Positions 9,664 through 19,585 of a stretch of DNA of 64,000 nt are shown here, piece by piece. The stretch is from an uncultured Candidatus Actinomarina sp. (GTDB lineage: Bacteria > Actinomycetota > Acidimicrobiia > Actinomarinales > Actinomarinaceae): assembly GCA_902582695.1 (NCBI GenBank), contig CACHTH010000005.1, positions 4,955 to 68,954 of the forward strand. Reading direction: 5' to 3'. Made by a program: the position numbers and the translations under genes. The notes under the pieces are model-generated. The model did not search any database. It was given only the letters and a program-made list of their open reading frames with translations, and was not told the origin of the DNA. The first letter of the stretch is position 1. Each line of letters begins with the position of its first letter.

Positions 9664-11175
9664 ATGAAATTAGCAATAAACATTGAAAATATCACCAAAA
9701 CTTACCCTGGTGTTTTAGCTAATTCACAAGTCTCAATAAAAGTTAACTCGGGAGACATTCATGCGATTGTGGGTGAAAATGGCGCAGGCAAATCTACACT
9801 CATGAAAATTTTATATGGAATGGTGAAACCAGATTCTGGAAATATAGAAATTTTTGAAAAGAAAGCTAATATGTCTTCACCTAAAGATGCAATAAATTTA
9901 GGAATTGGAATGGTGCATCAACATTTCATGTTGGCAAAAAATTTGACAGTTTTAGAAAATATAATTCTTGGTATCGATAAACCTTTTCTAAAAAATATAA
10001 AATTATCTAAATACAGAACAGAGATTCAAAAGGTAATGGAATTATATTCCCTTGATATAGATTTAAATCAGTATGTAGATGAGTTAAGTGTTGGTGAAAA
10101 ACAAAGAGTAGAAATAATAAAAGTTTTATATAGGGGTGCAAAAATACTTATTCTAGATGAGCCAACTGCTGTTTTAGTACCTCAAGAGGTAGAAGAGTTG
10201 TTCAATAACTTAAGAGATTTAAAAAACAATGGCGTAACGGTATTATTTATATCTCATAAATTAGATGAAGTTTTAGAGATTGCTGATGAAATTTCTGTAA
10301 TGAGGTCTGGGCAAATGATTGATACTGTAGTAAATGATAATGTTAGTAAAACTCAATTGGCAGAAATGATGATTGGCAAAAGTCTTCCAACACCTCCTGC
10401 AAGGGTCACTTCAACCGGTGAAAAAGTAATATTAAAAGTTGAAAATATCAAATCAACAGACGAAGACGGTAGAACTATTTTTGAAGAAATTACTTTTGAA
10501 GTTAATAAATCAGAAATTCTAGGAATAGCAGGAGTTGAAGGAAATGGTCAAAAAGAAGTAGTTGAAGCAATTATTGGAATTCAAGCTCTTGATTCTGGAA
10601 AAGTAATATTTATGGATAATGATATTGAGGAACAAGGAACTAGAGAAAGATTAGAATCTGGAATTAGCTTTATTCCTGAAGACCGCCAGCTACAAGCAAT
10701 GATTATGGACATGAACCTTACAAATAATGTAATTATTGGACGGCAAAATATTGATAAATATAAAAGCAGTTTAGGAACAATGAAAATGAAAAATGCTGTT
10801 AATGAGTCAGAAAAAGTAATTTCAGCATTTGACGTGAAAACACCCGGAACAAGCACACTAGCAACAGCCTTGTCTGGAGGAAACCAACAGAAATTTGTTG
10901 TAGGTAGGGAATTAGAAGACAACCCCAGTCTCTTGATAGCATCGCAACCAACTAGGGGAATCGATATTGGTGCACAAGCTTTAATATGGGAAAAATTAAG
11001 AAATAGTAGAGATGAAGGGCTTTCAGTTTTATTAATATCTGCAGATTTAGAAGAGTTGATTGGATTGTCAGATAGAATAATTGTTTTTTATCAAGGAAAA
11101 CTTGTTAAAGAATTAGATGCAGAAAAAGTTACACCAGAAGACTTAGGTGGATATATGACAGGATTAAAAAAATGA
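9664..11175 (+). CDS. ABC transporter ATP-binding protein, duplicated ATPase (CUT2/nucleoside type)
   Basis: First domain has GENGAGKST, LSVGEKQRVEI and LILDEPTAVL. The second domain has a degenerate Walker A (GVEGNGQKE) and LSGGNQQK, as in RbsA/NupO-type proteins. Length is 503 aa. Confidence 0.88.
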   Translation: MKLAINIENITKTYPGVLANSQVSIKVNSGDIHAIVGENGAGKSTLMKILYGMVKPDSGNIEIFEKKANMSSPKDAINLGIGMVHQHFMLAKNLTVLENIILGIDKPFLKNIKLSKYRTEIQKVMELYSLDIDLNQYVDELSVGEKQRVEIIKVLYRGAKILILDEPTAVLVPQEVEELFNNLRDLKNNGVTVLFISHKLDEVLEIADEISVMRSGQMIDTVVNDNVSKTQLAEMMIGKSLPTPPARVTSTGEKVILKVENIKSTDEDGRTIFEEITFEVNKSEILGIAGVEGNGQKEVVEAIIGIQALDSGKVIFMDNDIEEQGTRERLESGISFIPEDRQLQAMIMDMNLTNNVIIGRQNIDKYKSSLGTMKMKNAVNESEKVISAFDVKTPGTSTLATALSGGNQQKFVVGRELEDNPSLLIASQPTRGIDIGAQALIWEKLRNSRDEGLSVLLISADLEELIGLSDRIIVFYQGKLVKELDAEKVTPEDLGGYMTGLKK

Positions 11176-12251
11176 AAATGAGATTTAGGCTCGTGAGTGT
11201 CTCAGCACCAATTATTGCTTTGACAATTTCGTTTGGATTAAGCTCTCTTATATTATTAATTATTGGTAAAGATCCATATGAGACATTTAAAATTATGTTT
11301 GAATACGGAATTCGTGGCAAGTCAATAGTTTCTATCATTAATAGATCAATTCCACTCTATATTTCTGCAATCGCAGTTGCTGTTGGTTTCAAAATGGGAT
11401 TATTTAATATCGGTGTTGAAGGTCAGTATTTGATGGGGTCACTAATTGCAGCTTATGTCGGTGCGCAATTTTCCGTTATAACTCCACTTCACATTTTATT
11501 TATAATTATTGTCGCAGTTGCTTCATCATCTTTATGGGCAGCCATTGCTGGATATTTAAAAGTTGAAAAAGGAATTCATGAGGTTATTTCTACAATAATG
11601 TTGAATTATATTGGCACTGGACTTATCGCTTACTCTTTAACAACAATTTTTGACGAACCAAATTCAAATTATGATTTACCTAGAACTAAAGAGTTACCGG
11701 AAACTGGAAAAATGCCTCCATTGAATAAGTTTTTAAATATTGAAGATTTACAGGATTTACATGGTTTTTTAGTTATTGCAGTACTAGTTGGTATTTTTTA
11801 TTACTGGCTTGTTTGGAAGACTACTTTAGGATTTGATTTAAGAATTACTGGATCAAATCCAATTGCAGCAAAATTTAGTGGTATAAATCCTAAGAGATTA
11901 GTTGTAATTGCCATGATTACTTCAGGAGGTTTTGCGGGCCTTGTTGGATTGGGACCTCTTTTAGGATATTTTCATAGATACACAATTGACTTTCCAACAG
12001 GATTAGGTTTTGCAGGCATTGGGGTGGCATTGTTGGGTAGAAATCACCCATTTGGAATGGCCGTAGGTGCATTATTGTTTGCATTTTTGCAAAGATCTGC
12101 ACAAATTTTAGATTTAAATGATGTTCCTAAAGAAATAGAACAAATGATGCAAGCATTTATCTTGCTTATTGTTGTTGTATTTTATGAAGTAATTAGAAGA
12201 TTCATTGTAAAGCAGCAGGTCAAAGATGCCTCAAAAAGGACTGACGAATAA
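11172..12251 (+). CDS. ABC transporter permease (BMP/CUT2 system)
   Basis: A multi-TM 359-aa protein with FNIGVEGQYLMG typical of this permease family. It has a 4-nt overlap with the ATPase gene. Confidence 0.82.
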   Translation: MKMRFRLVSVSAPIIALTISFGLSSLILLIIGKDPYETFKIMFEYGIRGKSIVSIINRSIPLYISAIAVAVGFKMGLFNIGVEGQYLMGSLIAAYVGAQFSVITPLHILFIIIVAVASSSLWAAIAGYLKVEKGIHEVISTIMLNYIGTGLIAYSLTTIFDEPNSNYDLPRTKELPETGKMPPLNKFLNIEDLQDLHGFLVIAVLVGIFYYWLVWKTTLGFDLRITGSNPIAAKFSGINPKRLVVIAMITSGGFAGLVGLGPLLGYFHRYTIDFPTGLGFAGIGVALLGRNHPFGMAVGALLFAFLQRSAQILDLNDVPKEIEQMMQAFILLIVVVFYEVIRRFIVKQQVKDASKRTDE

Positions 12252-13492
12252 TGAAAATATTTAAATCATTAACAAAACGATATATTATTCTTACACCTAT
12301 TTTATTAGTTATTGTAGTTGCTCAAGTCGAAACATATTCACAATTAACAACTAGTGGCACATTTGGTGCTGCCGTAAGATTAGCAATTCCAATTTTACTA
12401 GCAGGCTTGGGTGGCTTATATTCTGAAAAAACAGGTGTTGTCAACATTGGTCTTGAAGGAATGATGATAATGGGTACCTGGTTTGGAGCTTGGGGTGGAT
12501 ACACATTTGGTGCATGGCAAGGTGTTTTCATAGGAATGTTAGGCGGTGCATTATTTGGACTTATACATGCAATAGCCACTGTATCTTTCCAAGTAGATCA
12601 TATTGTTTCAGGTGTTGCAATTAATATTTTAGCTGCAGGAGTCGCAAGGTTTTTGAATGTTATTGCATATAAGGACGTTGCTTTTGCCTCTTCAACTGCT
12701 TCTCCAAGAATTCAGGGCGATATAGGTATTTTTACAATGCCATTTTTAGCTGGAGGAAAAATTGGTGAAATAGAGACTCCCAACATTATAGGAAGTATAG
12801 AAGATCTCGATATATTTTTAGTGTCTGATTTTGCAGGACTTATCTTGGGATTTTTGTCAAATATATCATATTTAACTTTATTTGCCCTAGCTTTAGTTCC
12901 AGTTTCTATATTGATCTTATGGTTTACACCATTAGGTCTTCAAATGAGAAGTGTAGGTGAGTATCCTGCTGGAAGTGAATCATTAGGCGTAAATGTATAT
13001 TTAATGAAATATATTGGTGTTACTATTTCAGGAGCTTTATCTGGATTGGCTGGATCATATTTGGTTGTTGCTGGAACTGGGACTTACTTAGAAGGACAAA
13101 CTGGAGGAAGGGGTTTTATTGGATTAGCTTCAATGCTATTTGGGAACTATAAGCCATTCGGCATACTCATGGGTTCAGGATTATTTGGATTTGCTGACGC
13201 TTTGCAGTTAAGATCTCCTCAAGCTGTCCATGGTTTATTGATAGTAATTTCAATATTCTTATTAGTACTAACTTTTAAGTCTTTTTTTGAGAAAAAATAT
13301 AAAGCAGGTGCTTTTTCATTTCTTTTCAGTGCAGCTTTTTTAATTTGGTTTATGAATTCTACAAGTATCCCAAATCAGTTTGTATACTTTACACCTCACA
13401 TAACAACTCTCATCGTTCTATCTTTTGCTAATCAGAGGATTAAACTTCCAGAAAAGATCGGCGTTCCTTATAAAAAAGGTGAACTTAATTAA
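12251..13492 (+). CDS. ABC transporter permease (BMP/CUT2 system, second subunit)
   Basis: A multi-TM 413-aa protein with VNIGLEGMMIMG. Its start overlaps the preceding stop (TAATG). Confidence 0.82.
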   Translation: MKIFKSLTKRYIILTPILLVIVVAQVETYSQLTTSGTFGAAVRLAIPILLAGLGGLYSEKTGVVNIGLEGMMIMGTWFGAWGGYTFGAWQGVFIGMLGGALFGLIHAIATVSFQVDHIVSGVAINILAAGVARFLNVIAYKDVAFASSTASPRIQGDIGIFTMPFLAGGKIGEIETPNIIGSIEDLDIFLVSDFAGLILGFLSNISYLTLFALALVPVSILILWFTPLGLQMRSVGEYPAGSESLGVNVYLMKYIGVTISGALSGLAGSYLVVAGTGTYLEGQTGGRGFIGLASMLFGNYKPFGILMGSGLFGFADALQLRSPQAVHGLLIVISIFLLVLTFKSFFEKKYKAGAFSFLFSAAFLIWFMNSTSIPNQFVYFTPHITTLIVLSFANQRIKLPEKIGVPYKKGELN

Positions 13493-14304
13493 CCTCTGCC
13501 GTAGAAAGTTATTTCCTGAATAGCACATTCGGCAAATGGTTCAGCACCATTAACCTCTTCTCCTGGATACGCACTTAAAATTTGTATTGTAATGACTGAT
13601 GAAGTTGTATTTAAATCGATCCATTGTGAGCTAGTATTTTGATTTTCAAGCTCATATTCTATTGAGAAACCCTCTTCTTCTGATGTTATTAATAAATCTC
13701 TTGGTTTAAAGTTCCTTTTGAAAGACTTTGAATCTTCTATGTTTTCATAAGTTAAAAATTGAAAATAGATATTTTTTGAGAAAGTAAATTCTAATTTAGC
13801 ATCTGCACATTCTAAGGCATTATCTTGCCAAGAAGATGGCTCATCATCATATATTTTTTCGCAAGACCAACCATCTCCTAGACTGCTTGAGGCAGAACAG
13901 CTAAATGGGTATTGAAGTTGAAGTAAGCTCTGAACTGTAGTTGAGGTACTTGTTGTAGTTGACTGTTCTATAACTTGAATTTCTTCAATAACTTCCTCTG
14001 CGATATTTTGGTTGTAATAGTAACTAGCCGCTGCAATTAATGGGATAATTATCGCTAGAAAAAACACAGCTCTGATACCGGGGACTTCAGTTCTTTTTGG
14101 TAAAGAAGTTGCGCCATAATTTGAAAGTGGTTGAGATAACAGTTCTTCTGGAGGTCTAACTCTTCTAGTAACTGCAGGTTCTGTTTTAGTATCTGAATTC
14201 TCTATGTCTTTTATGCTTAAACCAAGCCATTCACCACAGCTTGAACAAAACTCAAGTGATTTGTCAACTGAAGCTGAGCAAGCTTTACATTCTATTTTTT
14301 CCAT
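13489..14304 (-). CDS. hypothetical membrane protein: N-terminal zinc ribbon, one TM helix, extracytoplasmic beta-rich domain
   Basis: CKAC...CSSC at the N-terminus, a TM segment AVFFLAIIIPLIAAASYYY, a Ser/Thr linker, and a Cys-containing C-terminal domain ending ECAIQEITFYG. It is divergent from disA. Confidence 0.6.
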   Translation of the reverse strand: MEKIECKACSASVDKSLEFCSSCGEWLGLSIKDIENSDTKTEPAVTRRVRPPEELLSQPLSNYGATSLPKRTEVPGIRAVFFLAIIIPLIAAASYYYNQNIAEEVIEEIQVIEQSTTTSTSTTVQSLLQLQYPFSCSASSSLGDGWSCEKIYDDEPSSWQDNALECADAKLEFTFSKNIYFQFLTYENIEDSKSFKRNFKPRDLLITSEEEGFSIEYELENQNTSSQWIDLNTTSSVITIQILSAYPGEEVNGAEPFAECAIQEITFYGRG

Positions 14305-14384
14305 TTAATTAGCCTATTGTCCCTATTTATAAAATAATACAGTAACATTCAAATAACAATATTGTTCAAATAATAAAGAGGAAT

Positions 14385-15443
14385 ATGAACTTATACAACA
14401 ACACAAGTGCAAGCCAGTTATTACCAGGCCAACCTTTAAGGATTGGTGTTGATTTAATTGCCGACAAAAAAGCAGGAGCACTAATCGTTATAGGTTCAAC
14501 AACAAAATTAGAAAAAATTTCTTCAGGCGGTCTAATTCTAAATGATTGTGAATTTTCACCTGAGATGCTTTCAGAATTATCAAAAATGGACGGTGCTATT
14601 GTTGTAAATGAGAAAGTTACAAAAATTTTAAAAGCTAATGTGCATTTAAATCCAAGTGACTCAATTTCTACCACACAAACCGGAACAAGGCACAGAACTG
14701 CAGAACGAACTTCAGCCACTACTGGTTTGACAGTGATAGCTGTATCTGAAGAAACCTCTTTAATTAAAGTATTTGAGAACCTTCAGACCATAGAGTTGGA
14801 GGAGTCCTCAGCAATACTAGGAAGAGTTAATGAATCTTTGCAATCAGTTGACAGGATGAGAAGAAGGTTTGACGACGCTGTAACAAATTTAGGAGAGCTT
14901 GAGATTGAAAACACATTAACAAATCAAGAAGTTTTAGAAGTCATTCAAAGAGGAGAACTTCTTACTCGGCTTGCTAACCAAGTCAAAGCTGAAGCACTTA
15001 AACTTGGTGAGGATGCAGGATTGATCATGATTCAGATAGATTCTTTAGAATCAGGTGTTCTAAATACATTAAATCTTGTTTTGAAAGACCATCTTCCAGC
15101 AAGGAAATTTAGAACTACCACTAAAGCTATTAATGAGATAAGTAAATTATCATATGATGAATTGAATGCGGTAGATTATCTTGGCAGCGTGTTGTCCAAG
15201 CTACCTCTTGATGATATTTCAGTATCAAAAGGGTATAGGGTTCTCGCAAGATTACCAGGATTACCTGAAAATTTACATGATCAAATTATTCAAAAATTTA
15301 AAACATTACCAAAATTACTCACTGCTTCACCAGAAAAATTGTTTGAAGTTGAGGGCATTGGAAGAAGTAGGGCACAACAATTAAGAGATTATTTCGATAC
15401 ATTGCTTAAAAACATAGGTTTTTCATATATAAATGGACATTAA
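14385..15443 (+). CDS. disA: DNA integrity scanning protein DisA (diadenylate cyclase)
   Basis: DAC-domain motifs DGAIVV and TGTRHRTAER are present, followed by a helical linker and a C-terminal HhH (VEGIGRSRAQQL). Length is 352 aa. Confidence 0.92.
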   Translation: MNLYNNTSASQLLPGQPLRIGVDLIADKKAGALIVIGSTTKLEKISSGGLILNDCEFSPEMLSELSKMDGAIVVNEKVTKILKANVHLNPSDSISTTQTGTRHRTAERTSATTGLTVIAVSEETSLIKVFENLQTIELEESSAILGRVNESLQSVDRMRRRFDDAVTNLGELEIENTLTNQEVLEVIQRGELLTRLANQVKAEALKLGEDAGLIMIQIDSLESGVLNTLNLVLKDHLPARKFRTTTKAINEISKLSYDELNAVDYLGSVLSKLPLDDISVSKGYRVLARLPGLPENLHDQIIQKFKTLPKLLTASPEKLFEVEGIGRSRAQQLRDYFDTLLKNIGFSYINGH

Positions 15444-15472
15444 ATAGTTCTGAATATATAGTATTGTTGACA

Positions 15473-16033
15473 TCTATGGCAACAAAAACAAAAAAAACTG
15501 CTGATAAATATAAACCAAACCAATTTGTAGTTCATCCCCACCATGGCGCTGCAAAAGTTGTAAGAAAAGTTAACAAGAATGTTGAAATTTTTGATGAAAA
15601 TGGTGAAGTAAAATCAAAACGAAGACAGTACTTTGAGATTGAAGTCCTTACAGATGGATTACTAGTAATGGTGCCAGTAGAAAATGTCGATGAAGTTATA
15701 AGACCTGTTATCTCAAAAAATGCAGTCTCAAGAAAAGTGTTTCCTATATTTAAAGAAAAACCAGAAGAGGCAGGTACTAATTGGAGTAGATGGTACAAAG
15801 TTTTGACAGAAAAAATGACTTCTGGAGATGTTATACAGGTTGCTGAAGTTGTTAGAGACCTTACACACGCTCAAATTAACAAGGGCATATCACCTGCACT
15901 TAAGAGAATGCTTGCAAAAGCAAGAACAACTCTAGCAAGTGAAATAGCATGTGCATTAAGTATTGATGAAGAAGCAGCTATAGAAAAAATTAACCAATAT
16001 CTTCCAGAGGAAGACCCTGACGACGGTTTATAA
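15473..16033 (+). CDS. carD: CarD-family RNA polymerase-binding transcription regulator
   Basis: It has an N-terminal CarD_CdnL_TRCF domain (FVVHPHHGAAKV...YFEIEV). I preferred ATG 15473 to the TTG at 15464. It sits in the carD-ispF-cysS position conserved in Actinobacteria. Confidence 0.85.
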   Translation, partial: SMATKTKKTADKYKPNQFVVHPHHGAAKVVRKVNKNVEIFDENGEVKSKRRQYFEIEVLTDGLLVMVPVENVDEVIRPVISKNAVSRKVFPIFKEKPEEAGTNWSRWYKVLTEKMTSGDVIQVAEVVRDLTHAQINKGISPALKRMLAKARTTLASEIACALSIDEEAAIEKINQYLPEEDPDDGL

Positions 16034-16059
16034 TTTATATATAAATCAAAAGAGGCATA

Positions 16060-16530
16060 ATGCTTGTAGGTAATGGTTTTGATATACACAAACATTCAAA
16101 TGATGAAAAATTAGTCCTTGGAGGGATATCGGTCGAGGGACCTGGTTTTGAAGCTCATTCCGATGGAGATATAATTCTACATTCACTCAGCGATGCATTG
16201 CTTGGATCTAAAGCAAAAAAGGATTTAGGTTTTTATTTTCCATCTAATGCAAGTACACCGAAAAATATATCGAGCGTGGAAATGTTAAATAAAGTTTTGG
16301 AAATTATTGAGTATGACAAAGTAGTTATAAACAATATTGACATAACTGTTCTTTCACAAGTTATAAACATTTCAAAAATAACTGAGGCTATTATCTCAAA
16401 TCTTGCTGATTTACTAAGGATTGATAAACAATTAATAAATGTAAAGGGCAAGTCTTTTGATAACCTAGGTGTGATTGGAGATGGCATAGCATCAGCTTGT
16501 ATTGTATTAGTTTCGGTGAAAGATGCTTAA
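16060..16530 (+). CDS. ispF: 2-C-methyl-D-erythritol 2,4-cyclodiphosphate synthase
   Basis: GNGFDIHK and HSDGDIILHSLSDALLG are IspF metal and substrate motifs. Length is 156 aa. Confidence 0.92.
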   Translation: MLVGNGFDIHKHSNDEKLVLGGISVEGPGFEAHSDGDIILHSLSDALLGSKAKKDLGFYFPSNASTPKNISSVEMLNKVLEIIEYDKVVINNIDITVLSQVINISKITEAIISNLADLLRIDKQLINVKGKSFDNLGVIGDGIASACIVLVSVKDA

Positions 16531-17920
16531 ACTACATAATACATATACCAACGCTGTTGAGGAGTTTAAACCAAATTCAGAAAATGTAAAAATTTATCTT
16601 TGTGGCCCAACAGTACAATCTTCACCACACATTGGGCATGGACGATCTGCTGTAGTTTTTGATTTTTTAATTAGATATCTGGTTTATCTAGATTATGAAG
16701 TTAATTTTGTTAGAAATATAACTGATATTGAAGACAAAATAATTGAAAGGGCAGCAGCAGAAGGAATCACTACCAAGGAATTAGCTGATAGAGTAACAAA
16801 AGAATTTCAAGATGCCTATAAAAGCCTGAATTGCTTACCACCAGATAATGAACCCAAGGCTACAGAGACTATAGATCATATAATAAATTTTATTGAGACC
16901 TTGATTGAAAATGGATATGCATACGTAACACAATCAGGTGTTTATTTTGAAGTTACAAAATTTAAAGATTATTTGAAATTATCGGGTAGAAATAAAGATG
17001 AAGTCATTTCTGGAACCAGAGTTGACATAGAGTCTGATAAGAAAAATACTGAAGATTTTGCGCTATGGAAGATTTCAATGGAAAACGAACCTTCGTGGAA
17101 TTCACCTTGGGGGGATGGGAGGCCTGGTTGGCACATTGAATGCTCTGCCATGATAGATAAAATATTCGATTCAGGCATTGATATTCATTGTGGAGGTAAT
17201 GATTTAATTTTTCCTCACCATGAAAATGAGCTTGCACAATCTTCTGCTGCATTTGAAAATCAAGTATTTGTAAAATACTGGTTACATAATGGCATGATTA
17301 ACCTTTCAGGACAAAAAATGTCTAAATCGGAAGGTAATATAAAACTCCTCAATGAATATATAGATAAGTTTGGTGGAAACATTATTAGATTTTTCTTTTT
17401 AAGATCACACTATCGAAAGCCACAGGAGTTTTCCGAAGGCTTATTAGAAGAGTCAAAAACAACTTTTAAAAGAATACAGGATTTCACAAGTGGTGTTGAG
17501 GCTAATGTTTCAGATTTATCAGTTATTGAAACATTCAAAAATTCTATGAATGATGATTTAAATACACCGAAGTTTTTAGGAGAAATCTTCGAAAAAATGA
17601 ATAATCTAAGCAATTTTAGTGAAGATGAAGAGAAAAATTTAAAAGAAACTATCAAATTTATATTTGAAATCTTAGGTTTTAACTTTGATATCAAAGATAA
17701 TGTAAAAATAAATCACGATGAACTTTCCAAATTTTTCAATACATTTCAAATAAATTATGACAATTTAGAACAAGCAATGGAAGAATTTCTTGCAAAAAGA
17801 GAAAAACTTAGAAGCGATAAGGATTTTAATCAAGCTGATGTTATGAGAGATAAATTAAAAGAAATAGGCTTGTTAATTAAGGATGGTGATGATAGTGCCT
17901 GGTATTGGGAAAATAGTTGA
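16523..17920 (+). CDS. cysS: cysteine--tRNA ligase
   Basis: The class I HIGH motif (PHIGHGRS) and KMSKS are present, along with CGGNDLIFPHHENE. Length is 465 aa. Confidence 0.94.
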   Translation: MLKLHNTYTNAVEEFKPNSENVKIYLCGPTVQSSPHIGHGRSAVVFDFLIRYLVYLDYEVNFVRNITDIEDKIIERAAAEGITTKELADRVTKEFQDAYKSLNCLPPDNEPKATETIDHIINFIETLIENGYAYVTQSGVYFEVTKFKDYLKLSGRNKDEVISGTRVDIESDKKNTEDFALWKISMENEPSWNSPWGDGRPGWHIECSAMIDKIFDSGIDIHCGGNDLIFPHHENELAQSSAAFENQVFVKYWLHNGMINLSGQKMSKSEGNIKLLNEYIDKFGGNIIRFFFLRSHYRKPQEFSEGLLEESKTTFKRIQDFTSGVEANVSDLSVIETFKNSMNDDLNTPKFLGEIFEKMNNLSNFSEDEEKNLKETIKFIFEILGFNFDIKDNVKINHDELSKFFNTFQINYDNLEQAMEEFLAKREKLRSDKDFNQADVMRDKLKEIGLLIKDGDDSAWYWENS

Positions 17921-18617
17921 AGGAATTAATTCAGTAAACAGTGCTATTGATTCTGATCGAGCAGAAAAAGTTATCTTCTTAGAATCTGATAAAACTACAT
18001 CACATCGTTTAGAGCTATTAATTGAGAAAGCAAAAAATAAAGGATTAATAGTTGAAAAAATTAGTAAAAAAGATAGTTGGACATATAACAATAGACATTC
18101 GGTTGTTGCACTTTGTACCCCCAAAAAAACCTATGATGAAAAAACTTTTGATCAGTTAACACTTAGCAACATTGTTGTACTGGATCATATTCAAGATACA
18201 AATAATTTTGGTGCTATAACCAGAACTTCATCAGCATTTGACTTTAACATAGTTTGCATTCCAAAAAAAAGATCAGTAAATATTTCAGAGAGAACTTTTG
18301 CAATTTCTTCAGGTGGTCTTGAAAATGTAAATATTGTTTTTTATAATTCTATCTTTTCTCTAATCAAGAAACTAAAGTCACATGAGTATTGGACTGTTGG
18401 CTTGGAAATGAATACCAAAGAGGATTTATTGAATGTTGACTTGAATAATCAAAAAGTTGCCCTATTTATTGGTTCGGAAGAAAATGGATTAAGTAATGAG
18501 ATACAAAACAAATTAGATTTAATTGTAAAAATAAATATGAACAACACTGTCGAATCACTTAATGCCTCTGTTGCTGCAGCGATTGCAATGAACCATTTTT
18601 TTAAAAAAAGTAGCTGA
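17883..18617 (+). CDS. TrmH/SpoU-family RNA 2'-O-methyltransferase (RlmB-like)
   Basis: SpoU methylase motifs are present (LDHIQDTNNFGAITRT, ALFIGSEENGLS, ESLNASVAAAIAM). The start is uncertain because the ORF overlaps cysS by 38 nt; in-frame ATG 17889 and GTG 17895 are alternatives. Confidence 0.8.
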   Translation: MVMIVPGIGKIVEGINSVNSAIDSDRAEKVIFLESDKTTSHRLELLIEKAKNKGLIVEKISKKDSWTYNNRHSVVALCTPKKTYDEKTFDQLTLSNIVVLDHIQDTNNFGAITRTSSAFDFNIVCIPKKRSVNISERTFAISSGGLENVNIVFYNSIFSLIKKLKSHEYWTVGLEMNTKEDLLNVDLNNQKVALFIGSEENGLSNEIQNKLDLIVKINMNNTVESLNASVAAAIAMNHFFKKSS

Positions 18618-18650
18618 TTCAATACTGATTTTGCTATTATTTTACTGTTT

Positions 18651-18723
18651 GCCGGAGTAGCTCAGTGGCCAGAGCAGCCGACTTGTAATCGGCAGGTCAG
18701 GGGTTCGACTCCCCTCTCCGGCT
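18651..18723 (+). tRNA. tRNA-Thr (anticodon UGU)
   Basis: I folded the cloverleaf by hand. Acceptor GCCGGAG/CUCCGGC, D stem GCUC/GAGC, anticodon stem GCCGA/UCGGC with loop CUUGUAA, variable AGGUC, and T arm AGGGG-UUCGACU-CCCCU. The discriminator is U, and no CCA is encoded. Confidence 0.93.
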
Positions 18724-18727
18724 CTGA

Positions 18728-19585
18728 GTGATTAAGTATATAAATTCTATTAAAATTTTTATATCTTCAATAATAGCTGTTCAAATTTCACTGTATTTTT
18801 TTGGTTATCTAAGACCTTCTATTGTCTATGACTATATTGATTTTTTCCCTTTTACTATTATTCCTGCAGTTATTTTTTTATATTTAAACATCAAAAAAAT
18901 TACCAATAGGATTTATTTTTATCTAACCATATATCTTTCAGCAGTTTTATTATTGTTTCCTATCGCTCAGATTTTTGATGCAAAATTTCTAACAACTTAT
19001 AGTTTCCCTTCATATCTAGAAAATAGGGAACTTAACAAAGATTCAGAATATTTACTTGTTATTGATACAAGTGGAAGTATAAATTTAAATACTTTTAATG
19101 AAACAGGTTATACGGCCGACGTTATAGATAAACCAGGAAACATAGGTTACCCAGAAGCAGTTGAAACTTTAGTTGGAGAACCTAAAGCTGTTTTGTTTCG
19201 AGAAATGCAAACATCAACACTTTTAAAAGTTGCGGGATGGAATGTCAATATTGGAAATAAAAACATGTGGCAACTAAATTTAATATCTTTCAATTCCGAA
19301 ATAAATTTAGACAATATTAAATTAAACGATTCAAGAATCGCAGGCACTGGAAGCATCTTTCTTGGTGAAGGATTAGAAGTTAAAGAATTGAAGATAAATG
19401 GAAATTTTGAAGTAAGGGTATCTAAAGATTTGGCAGTTGTAGTTATAGGAAAAGTAGAGACCCCAGCCTCATGGATAGGTGCTACAATAGGATATTTAAA
19501 CCAAGCTGATGAAGTATACAAACTAAAAATAATCGTAGAGGATGGTTCTGATGTTAAGTTTTATGATGAAGAAGAAGGTTCCTAA
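18728..19585 (+). CDS. hypothetical membrane protein (N-terminal TM helices, C-terminal beta-rich domain)
   Basis: A 285-aa ORF whose only early start is GTG 18728, 4 nt after the tRNA 3' end. It has about 3 TM helices, then a soluble domain with repetitive beta-strand-like segments (LKINGNFEVRVSKDLAVVVIGK). I recognise no family. Confidence 0.5.
   Translation: MIKYINSIKIFISSIIAVQISLYFFGYLRPSIVYDYIDFFPFTIIPAVIFLYLNIKKITNRIYFYLTIYLSAVLLLFPIAQIFDAKFLTTYSFPSYLENRELNKDSEYLLVIDTSGSINLNTFNETGYTADVIDKPGNIGYPEAVETLVGEPKAVLFREMQTSTLLKVAGWNVNIGNKNMWQLNLISFNSEINLDNIKLNDSRIAGTGSIFLGEGLEVKELKINGNFEVRVSKDLAVVVIGKVETPASWIGATIGYLNQADEVYKLKIIVEDGSDVKFYDEEEGS

Noticed and set aside
18651-19585. A genomic island or prophage integrated at tRNA-Thr.
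   Set aside because: There is no integrase, no direct repeat of the tRNA 3' end, and no phage or transposase genes downstream. The tRNA is followed by housekeeping liv transporter genes.
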